Source of the DNA: a virus
Taxonomy: Duplodnaviria; Heunggongvirae; Uroviricota; Caudoviricetes
DNA length: 15,725 bases
IMG/VR virus record: IMGVR_UViG_3300028789_000005
Strand: one strand, 5' to 3'
In this document: positions 1 to 6,052 of the stretch, one piece after another
How the letters are laid out: each line of letters opens with the position of its first letter
Position numbering within the stretch: the stretch's first letter is position 1
Position numbers and translations under genes: made by a program
Notes under the pieces: generated by a model
Seen by the model: the letters and a program-made list of their open reading frames with translations, nothing else
Told to the model about the DNA's origin: nothing
Databases searched by the model: none

Positions 1-1799
1 CCCTCTGATTTGAATTCACCCAGCGAGCGACGGTCCTTGACCACGTGCCATGTGGCATCGTTCGCCCTGGCCCGACCAGGCCTCACCGTCCTGCCGTCGA
101 CGTGCACCGCCTCTCCGGCGCGGGTGCGCTCCAGAGCGGTGCGCAGCGCGATGTCCGCCGAGTCGCACACGCGTACGCGTCCGATACCCGGATGGTCGTA
201 CTGGGTGTCGAACGCGGACTGACAAAACATGATGCCGTCCTTGGCCTTCTGCTCGCCAGCTTGATCGCCCGCGCGACGGTAGCCACCGGCTGCGGCGCGG
301 TATGAGTCTAGGGCGCGAGCGCGGTCGCCGCCGATCTCGTACTGTGCGGCGCGGAAGAGGTGGTCGGCCGGTTCGGAGCCACTGCGCTGAAGTGGTAGAG
401 TGATTCGCATGTCGGTTGCTCGTACATGAGACTTTAATTTTGACATCTTAACTCCAAGCAATTTATACCCGTCTTGTGTCTTTAAGTCGACTGTGTCGCT
501 GTACATGTGGATAACTATGCAGGGCCGTCCACCATACAGTACAGTCTGACCTTCATTGAAGGCGTCTGCATTGGCGTCCCTCATCTTCGCAAACCGACCG
601 CGATCGCGCGCCTTGAAGTCCTTCGCCTTGCCGGACTCCTGCTTCAGCATCTGCAGCCGCGCCCACTCGACGTTGGTGATCTTGCCGGCCTTCTTCTTGG
701 CATCGAGCTCGGCGATCTCCTCGGCTGGAGCGGTGTCTAAGGCTGCCGCGCCAATCTTTTTAGCAACGGCGTGTACTGCATCAAACTTTCTGCCACCACA
801 TTTCGCACACACCATCGGGTCTTTGCGGCTTGCGTTGAACACGTGCGGGTCTTCTTTGTCGGCCAGGTCGGCCAGGTCGGATGCGTACGAGACCTCGTTG
901 CGCTCTCCAGACGGCAGCGGAACCAGGCTGGAGGTCTTGATCGGTACGGGGAGGATCTCGGCGTCTTTTGCTTTGCCGCCACGTTCGTAGGCCTTCTGGG
1001 CCTCGTTCATATTAGGCGCCCAAACCGTACCAACATTCTTGCCCGTAAACTTGGTCATTACCGATGTGCGAGGGATCATCACTCCACCCACCTTACCGTC
1101 GTAGCCTTCTACTTCTACAGGTACTATGGCGGTTTCTTCTTTTTGTGAGCCCACCACTTGGTACCGCACCGGCATCTTTACAGTGGCTTCAAATCGCACT
1201 GCATCTTTCGCGCGCTCGTCACGCGCCCTCTTCGTCTTGTCCTGCGACACTCCGACGTAGCTCTCCTCGTTGCGCTCTCCGGCGGGAAGTGGCACGAGGC
1301 TGGAGGTCTTGATCGGGACGGGGAGGACGTCGGTTGCTTTCGCTGCGAATTTCTTGGCTTCTTCTAAAGTCATTTTTCCTCGTTGAACACCGTTTGAACG
1401 GTATCCAGCCCAAGTGTTGTTTCCAGTAGAAACAACTTTCGCTCCGCTTGAATGGTCATACTGGCCAGGGTCTTTCTTGGTCCATTCGGCGTCCTTCGCC
1501 CGAGAGTAGGGGCCATCCTGCGGCTCCAACTTGAATAGGCGATGGCGCATTTCTTTCACGGTTTCACTGCCTTTGGCCTCGTCAGGGAAGTACTCCTTCA
1601 CCTTGGCGTTTTGGTCGTGGATGCTGAACAGCTTTGCGCGCAGTTCGCGCACAGTGCGCTCGTCGCGTGCACGCTTGTTCTTATCCTGCGACTGCGTCAG
1701 ACCCTCTTCGTGCTTGGCCAATGCTAGGGCACGCTCGGGATCGGCCTCGCCGACCGGCTCGATGTCGTCGCCCACTCGTGATACGTTCTTCATGGGCAT
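1..1799 (-). CDS. Large modular protein, >=599 aa, stop beyond left edge; micro-domains separated by [KR]AxD motifs; candidate internal-head polyprotein
   Basis: Manual translation from ATG 1799 (MPMKNVSRVGDDIEPV...) has no stop down to position 1; AGGAGG RBS at 1805-1810; not in the ORF track. Contains a Zn-knuckle-like module (HVF...CAKC...H), an SH3-like module (AFNEGQTVLYGGRPCIV...) and a TPR-like helical pair (HLFRAAQYEIGGDRARALDSYRAAA). Confidence 0.9.
   Translation of the reverse strand, partial: MPMKNVSRVGDDIEPVGEADPERALALAKHEEGLTQSQDKNKRARDERTVRELRAKLFSIHDQNAKVKEYFPDEAKGSETVKEMRHRLFKLEPQDGPYSRAKDAEWTKKDPGQYDHSSGAKVVSTGNNTWAGYRSNGVQRGKMTLEEAKKFAAKATDVLPVPIKTSSLVPLPAGERNEESYVGVSQDKTKRARDERAKDAVRFEATVKMPVRYQVVGSQKEETAIVPVEVEGYDGKVGGVMIPRTSVMTKFTGKNVGTVWAPNMNEAQKAYERGGKAKDAEILPVPIKTSSLVPLPSGERNEVSYASDLADLADKEDPHVFNASRKDPMVCAKCGGRKFDAVHAVAKKIGAAALDTAPAEEIAELDAKKKAGKITNVEWARLQMLKQESGKAKDFKARDRGRFAKMRDANADAFNEGQTVLYGGRPCIVIHMYSDTVDLKTQDGYKLLGVKMSKLKSHVRATDMRITLPLQRSGSEPADHLFRAAQYEIGGDRARALDSYRAAAGGYRRAGDQAGEQKAKDGIMFCQSAFDTQYDHPGIGRVRVCDSADIALRTALERTRAGEAVHVDGRTVRPGRARANDATWHVVKDRRSLGEFKSE
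894..955 (-). repeat. 62-bp intragenic repeat, copy 2 (LPVPIKTSSLVPLPSGERNE)
   Basis: 54/62 nt identical to 1266-1327 by manual alignment; 19/20 aa identical. Confidence 0.95.
1212..1248 (-). repeat. 37-bp intragenic repeat (SQDKTKRARDER), partner at 1656-1692 (SQDKNKRARDER)
   Basis: Near-identical peptide at both sites, each containing the RARD motif. Confidence 0.85.
1266..1327 (-). repeat. 62-bp intragenic repeat, copy 1 (LPVPIKTSSLVPLPAGERNE)
   Basis: Pairs with 894-955; both copies follow a motif site (KATD-V and KAKD-AEI). Confidence 0.95.
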
Positions 1800-1819
1800 G
1801 ACGCCCTCCTTTTCTATGT

Positions 1820-1893
1820 TGGTTTCGGCCCAGAGATTCGAACTCCGATTCAACGGATCAAAACCGTTTGTCCTACCATTGGACAAGGCCGAA
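1820..1893 (-). tRNA. tRNA-Gln, anticodon UUG, CCA encoded
   Basis: Folds as a 74-nt cloverleaf: acceptor TTCGGCC/GGCCGAA, D-stem GTCC/GGAC, anticodon arm AACGG-TTTTGAT-CCGTT, T-arm CGGAG-TTCGAAT-CTCTG, 3' end ACCA. Confidence 0.95.
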
Positions 1894-1894
1894 G

Positions 1895-2188
1895 CTAAGT
1901 ACCAGTGGCCAAATTGCATGTGGACGCGTTGCCGGGACCGCCAGCTGCGACTCCGGCGATGAACTGACCCGCCGTTACCGTCAACCACTCAGTCTGTCCT
2001 GCCGCGATCACAAGTCCATTGCCTTGGTTCACGGTAATGCCAGAGCCGCCGATGGCCACCGTTATATGGCATGGACCGAGGTTCGTCACGCGCAGCAACG
2101 TTCCCGATCCGGGCAGAGCGACGGCGGTAGAGGCGAATCCGAATGAAGTTCCGGTTGCGCCGGATACTGCGAAGTTTCCTTGAGGCAT
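1895..2188 (-). CDS. 97-aa Gly/Ala/Thr-rich beta protein, possible virion decoration protein
   Basis: ATG with AAGGAG RBS; alternating beta pattern (LLRVTNLGPCHITVAIG). Function inferred from composition and context only. Confidence 0.7.
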   Translation of the reverse strand: MPQGNFAVSGATGTSFGFASTAVALPGSGTLLRVTNLGPCHITVAIGGSGITVNQGNGLVIAAGQTEWLTVTAGQFIAGVAAGGPGNASTCNLATGT

Positions 2189-2225
2189 TTAATGCTCCTT
2201 GCTTTCTTCCTTGCCAAGATTGGTG

Positions 2226-2540
2226 CTACAGCAGTCCCTTGAACGCACCGACAGTGTACAGCCGGTCTATCTCCGCCTGCCACCTGCGTCCGTGTGTGCA
2301 GTCGCCGCTCGAGATGTGCGCCATCTCGTGCAGCAACGCCTGCTTCCACAGCGTGCGGCAGATGGCGCGCATGGTGTCCACTTCGATTATGTGGTTTTCC
2401 CTGTCCGTGAAGTCGCAGCAGGCGTGCTTGCCGTCCAGTGGACGGAACAGCACGTCGGTATCGAGCGGCAGTCTACCGTCGAAGTACAGTTCGTTGTACT
2501 TCAGAAACGCACGCCGAAGTTTCGTGTGGGACAGGTGCAC
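2226..2540 (-). CDS. SprT-like zinc metalloprotease, 104 aa
   Basis: GTG start after GGAGG; HEMAH (HExxH) followed by HGRRW; N-terminal F..YN.LYF.G.LP pattern typical of SprT-like domains. Confidence 0.8.
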   Translation of the reverse strand: MHLSHTKLRRAFLKYNELYFDGRLPLDTDVLFRPLDGKHACCDFTDRENHIIEVDTMRAICRTLWKQALLHEMAHISSGDCTHGRRWQAEIDRLYTVGAFKGLL

Positions 2541-2551
2541 GAGTGGCCTCC

Positions 2552-3736
2552 TTAGAAGCGTTTCTCGTACAGCGCCAGGTTGTAGAACGGGAAGAACTCC
2601 ACGGCGAACCGCGTGACGGTGCCGGTCTCGTCCTGCGTGATGGAGACGACGCTGTACCCGACGTGGGCCTGCAATTTCAGCTTGCGCATGAACAGGCTCT
2701 GGTCGGTGGTGCATCCCAGCTGCAAGGCGTGCACCTCGCGCGGGTAGCCGTACTCGAACTTGTGGTAGTGGCCGATGAGCAGCACCTTCGGCTTCTCGCC
2801 GCCCTGGTAGCTCTCAACTAGCTTCTGTGCCGTGTAGCTGGTGGCGTAACTGGAGCCGCCGCCCGGATGCACCAGCCGCATGGGAGCCGATCCGCCGCCC
2901 TTGACCTGCAGCTTGATGTCGTGCTCGCCGTAACCCAGGTATTTCAGGTCTGTACGTCCTTGCTCGCGCGCACGAAGCTCCAGGTAGCGGCCGATCTCGA
3001 CGCCCTCGCGCTGCTGGTACCAGCCTTCGTGGTCGTCTCCGGCGATGTACTGCGTCTCGATGCCCTTGCGGATCGGGTACTTGTCGATCATGTAGTCGCA
3101 CTGGGCGTCCATGCCCGGACGCGTGATAAGCTCTGTCTTGTTGAAGCGCGCCTCGCCGTCGATCCAGTTGCCGCCGTTGTATACGACCGCGATGCCTTCG
3201 CGCTCGAAGTGATCGTATGCCGCGTTGAGAACGTCGAGACGGGAATGCTTGTTGCAAAGGTGGTTGTCGGACACCAGTCCGAACCGCTGCGTGCCGACAA
3301 CACCTTTGAACACGGTGGTTGCCGGCTCAATGTGCACACCCTCGAGTAGCTGGATGAGTCCATCTTTGCGCGAAGCCAGCATGGAGCCGCCCAGTTGCAT
3401 AGACTCCACCAGCGCGCGCACCTTGGATGGACCGCAGTCAAGTATGTCCGCCAACTCCTCGGCCGTCTTCGGCCCCTTCTTCAGGGCCTTGCGCAGCAGT
3501 TGCTGGTGGTCGGTCTCGGGCACTGCCGGTTTCATAGATTCTGTGATGTCCGGCAGAGTGTTGCGTCGCAGTAGCGACACGTCTAATCCTTCCGCTTTCA
3601 GTTGACGTCGCACCTTCGCGACCGTACCGCTTCCGCACTGTCTCCTTACGATTATCTCGTCGCTGGAATACAGCCTAGACTTGACGTCCTCTGTTATGGC
3701 TGCCAGTTTTTCGTCTGACACGTTGGGCATCGGCAC
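2552..3736 (-). CDS. Calcineurin-like metallophosphoesterase with N-terminal HTH/wHTH region, about 394 aa
   Basis: Ordered metal motifs SDNH, GNWIDG, GDDHE, VHPGGG, GHYH; HTH-like KTAEELADILDCGPSKVRALV. Start is GTG 3736 or ATG 3730. Confidence 0.85.
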   Translation of the reverse strand: MPMPNVSDEKLAAITEDVKSRLYSSDEIIVRRQCGSGTVAKVRRQLKAEGLDVSLLRRNTLPDITESMKPAVPETDHQQLLRKALKKGPKTAEELADILDCGPSKVRALVESMQLGGSMLASRKDGLIQLLEGVHIEPATTVFKGVVGTQRFGLVSDNHLCNKHSRLDVLNAAYDHFEREGIAVVYNGGNWIDGEARFNKTELITRPGMDAQCDYMIDKYPIRKGIETQYIAGDDHEGWYQQREGVEIGRYLELRAREQGRTDLKYLGYGEHDIKLQVKGGGSAPMRLVHPGGGSSYATSYTAQKLVESYQGGEKPKVLLIGHYHKFEYGYPREVHALQLGCTTDQSLFMRKLKLQAHVGYSVVSITQDETGTVTRFAVEFFPFYNLALYEKRF

Positions 3737-3763
3737 GTGGCGGTATCCTTGTAAGTGTGGTTG

Positions 3764-3937
3764 CTACTTCACTTTATCTGCGGTGGCCTTGTGGCAGTCG
3801 CATGCGCACTTCAGGCTGTAGCATTTGTGGTGCTTGCCGTTAGTACAGGGTTTGGTAGTGAAGTCCGGTGCGGCGGTGAAACGACCACGGCCGAACACCA
3901 GCACTTCTTCCACTTTTCGTTTGACGCCTCTAGGCAT
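3764..3937 (-). CDS. 57-aa basic Cys/His-rich protein, putative Zn-binding
   Basis: Manual translation MPRGVKRK...CTNGKHHKCYSLKCACDCHKATADKVK; start overlaps the upstream gene end; below the track's length cutoff. Confidence 0.75.
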   Translation of the reverse strand: MPRGVKRKVEEVLVFGRGRFTAAPDFTTKPCTNGKHHKCYSLKCACDCHKATADKVK

Positions 3938-4082
3938 GGATGAAGCCGAGCAGTTGGAGGATGAGCAGGATCAGCAGCAGGAACCCGAGGCCGCCGTAGC
4001 CGTAGCGGTAGCCACCGACCGGGGCGGTGCCGAATCCGACGCCGTTCATGAGGATGAGAACTACCAAAATAATTACAATCAT
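3930..4082 (-). CDS. 50-aa two-helix membrane protein, DUF3309-like
   Basis: ATGA overlap with upstream gene; hydrophobic / GGYRYGYGGLG / hydrophobic layout (MIVIILVVLIL...GFLLLILLILQLLGFI). Confidence 0.65.
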   Translation of the reverse strand: MIVIILVVLILMNGVGFGTAPVGGYRYGYGGLGFLLLILLILQLLGFIHA

Positions 4083-4285
4083 TGCTTCTCCTTCTTGCTT
4101 TCGTATATTATGTAGACCATGCCAGGCGGGATCTTGATGGGCTTCGGCACTACGAGCTCGGTTCGCGGCGCGCCGCAGACGCCGCAATGGTCCGCCCCCG
4201 GCGCGTACAGCACGCCGCATTCGCGCGTCCACTTCCAAAGGAATGGCACGCGGGCGCGGCAGTAGGACATCTTGGTGTATGGCAT
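4079..4285 (-). CDS. 68-aa Cys-containing hypothetical protein, possible Zn ribbon
   Basis: GAGG RBS; ECG...HCGVCG; coupled to next gene. Confidence 0.65.
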   Translation of the reverse strand: MPYTKMSYCRARVPFLWKWTRECGVLYAPGADHCGVCGAPRTELVVPKPIKIPPGMVYIIYESKKEKQ

Positions 4286-4299
4286 CGACGCGCCTCGAT

Positions 4300-4959
4300 C
4301 TAATACCTTCGCAGGTTCTTCACTGGTATGGTGCGCTCCGCGCCGCTCTCCGTCGTTTCCTGGATGAAGAACGGGCCTTCTTTCATCGCCTTCTTGCGAA
4401 GCTGCGTCATCGTACCGGCCTGGTCTTTTGCTGGCTTCTTCGGAAGTAGTTCACGACGCTTCTTGGCAGCAGCTCTGCACTTCTCTATGTGCGCTGCCCA
4501 CGTTGCTTTTGTATATCCTTTTGGAACGCCGGAGTCCGCAAAATCTTTATGGCTCAGAGCGTCCAGCCCCAGCGACTTGTGCTTCTTCAGCTCCTTGCCG
4601 GTGACGCCCAGAATGGACTCCAGCAGCCCGTAGTATCGCGGCTCCACGAGGCCCTGGCCAGTGCCGTCCTCGATGGGATGCGGGTCCCACAGCAGCTCGC
4701 CGTCCAGGGCGACGCAGGCGTGCATTCCGCCGCGCGGGCTGACGCCCTCGATCGTGGAGTAGCCGCTGGGTTTCTTGCCGTCGATGAATGCGCGGCGGTA
4801 GGACAGACCGTAACCGGCCAGGAAGTCGTTGGCGCGCTCAGCCTGATCGTCCGTGGACATCTCCGGCACGGCTTCAAGTGGCAGATCCAAAATTGATGCT
4901 AAACACGCCGCGAAGCAATTTCCTGTTTCTCCCACTCGAGTTTGAACGACTCTATGCAT
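4300..4959 (-). CDS. Papain-fold (C39-like) cysteine peptidase domain plus about 95-aa basic C-terminal extension, 219 aa
   Basis: Q-x7-C (QTRVGETGNCFAACLASIL), GGMHACV and WDPHP give the Cys-His-Asp order of papain-like folds; tail contains GLD and PAKD. Confidence 0.7.
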   Translation of the reverse strand: MHRVVQTRVGETGNCFAACLASILDLPLEAVPEMSTDDQAERANDFLAGYGLSYRRAFIDGKKPSGYSTIEGVSPRGGMHACVALDGELLWDPHPIEDGTGQGLVEPRYYGLLESILGVTGKELKKHKSLGLDALSHKDFADSGVPKGYTKATWAAHIEKCRAAAKKRRELLPKKPAKDQAGTMTQLRKKAMKEGPFFIQETTESGAERTIPVKNLRRY

Positions 4960-5266
4960 TGTCCTTACGCTCCGTGGCTATGGCGGCGCGCCTGTCGACG
5001 GCCTCAGCCACCAAAGCGGACGTCAATGAACTTGAAACTCCGGCGACATGCGCCGCGTCCGAGAACCCGCTCCGCCATTGCTCGAGACGATCCACCTTCA
5101 GGTCCAACCCGCTGAGGCGACTGCCGTGCTCTTTTTGCCCTAGCTCTAGCTGAATTGTTTTCTTATCTCCGTCGTCCACTCGCTGTGTGAGTCGCCCATA
5201 GATTACAGCAGCTACTATGATGCTAGTCAGTATGCCGCCAATTCCCACCGCTATTTCTGGTGTCAC
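4952..5266 (-). CDS. 104-aa protein with N-terminal TM helix and coiled coil (holin-like topology, unconfirmed)
   Basis: IAVGIGGILTSIIVAAVIYG then heptad-like LSGLDLKVDRLEQ; GTG abuts upstream stop. Confidence 0.6.
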   Translation of the reverse strand: MTPEIAVGIGGILTSIIVAAVIYGRLTQRVDDGDKKTIQLELGQKEHGSRLSGLDLKVDRLEQWRSGFSDAAHVAGVSSSLTSALVAEAVDRRAAIATERKDNA

Positions 5267-5515
5267 TTATCCCGCCTTTCTAGTTTGGCCCGACTGGCGG
5301 GAGTCCCATGGTGTACGGCGTTCTGCAAATATGCGCTCGGTCAGGCGCACTGTGGCGTCTATGAAGAATACGTACGTAAGCAGCGCAGCGGCGTCCTGTC
5401 CGCGCGAGAAGCGCATGGCCTGCTCAACGTCCAGGGTGTAGGCCATCTCGCCGTTGCGCACGGTGAAGTATTGCGGCGTCGCAACATCGGCGCGCTCGAT
5501 AAGCCATGCGGTCAT
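5267..5515 (-). CDS. 82-aa hypothetical protein
   Basis: Fills the gap in the operon; stop abuts next start. Confidence 0.6.
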   Translation of the reverse strand: MTAWLIERADVATPQYFTVRNGEMAYTLDVEQAMRFSRGQDAAALLTYVFFIDATVRLTERIFAERRTPWDSRQSGQTRKAG

Positions 5516-5531
5516 TACAGTCTCGGTTCTT

Positions 5532-5759
5532 TCACTGAGTAGCTGTGATCGGTTTCATGTACCACGCCGTAAGCACGTCTCCGTCACCGACAGTCTTGTG
5601 CAGAAGCGTGATGGCGTTGTCCAGGAGCGTGTAGTCCACGTTCTGCGTCAAGAACAGGCCATTGAGATACAGGGCCATGCTGCCGGTTGATGGGGTGTCC
5701 ACTAGTAGGAAGCGATTGCCAGTGGCAAGCAGTTGGGTCTGTACGAATACTGGGTTCAC
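5532..5759 (-). CDS. 75-aa stand-alone beta-sandwich module of the type repeated in phage structural proteins
   Basis: GTGA overlap; LYLNGLFLTQNVDYTL...ITLL...GDVLTAWY fits the VYLNG...DYT...ITF...GD.L...Y pattern. Confidence 0.7.
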   Translation of the reverse strand: MNPVFVQTQLLATGNRFLLVDTPSTGSMALYLNGLFLTQNVDYTLLDNAITLLHKTVGDGDVLTAWYMKPITATQ

Positions 5760-6052
5760 ACTACCGCCTTGGTTACGCAAACAAAGTCATCGTCCATGTC
5801 AACCGTGCGCTCCGCCAGCTTGTGCGAGCTGTCACCGAAGAAGTAGATCATTCCATCCTTCATGCGACAGTGGCACTGCGTGATGCCGGTGTCGTAGTCG
5901 AATATGAGGATGGAGGGGTCCACCGTCGGCGCGTACGTGGATTGGTTCCACTCCCAAGCGTCGTCGCCCTTGATCGGAACTTCGTGGGTGGAGTCGCACC
6001 CTGGACAGTGCCACATAAGATGTCCGTCGTGCGTTACTCCGGCCCTGGCCAC
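5756..6052 (-). CDS. DUF6527-like Cys/His protein, 98 aa
   Basis: GTG overlaps the portal TAG; WHCPGCDSTH...WEWNQS...PTVDPSIL...CHC...DGMIYF..DSSH.LA matches my recollection of this family. Confidence 0.7.
   Translation of the reverse strand: MARAGVTHDGHLMWHCPGCDSTHEVPIKGDDAWEWNQSTYAPTVDPSILIFDYDTGITQCHCRMKDGMIYFFGDSSHKLAERTVDMDDDFVCVTKAVV

Noticed and set aside
858-880. 9-bp tandem repeat GTCGGCCAG
   Set aside because: Small in-frame slippage duplication (LADLAD) with no array structure.
16-1413. Short minus-strand track ORFs (16-225, 83-286, 737-982, 1219-1413)
   Set aside because: Out-of-frame overlaps with the continuous >=599-aa ORF.
894-1692. Repeats as CRISPR array or DGR template/variable pair
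   Set aside because: They are in-frame coding repeats with mostly synonymous differences; no spacers, no adenine-specific pattern, and no cas or reverse transcriptase gene in the window.
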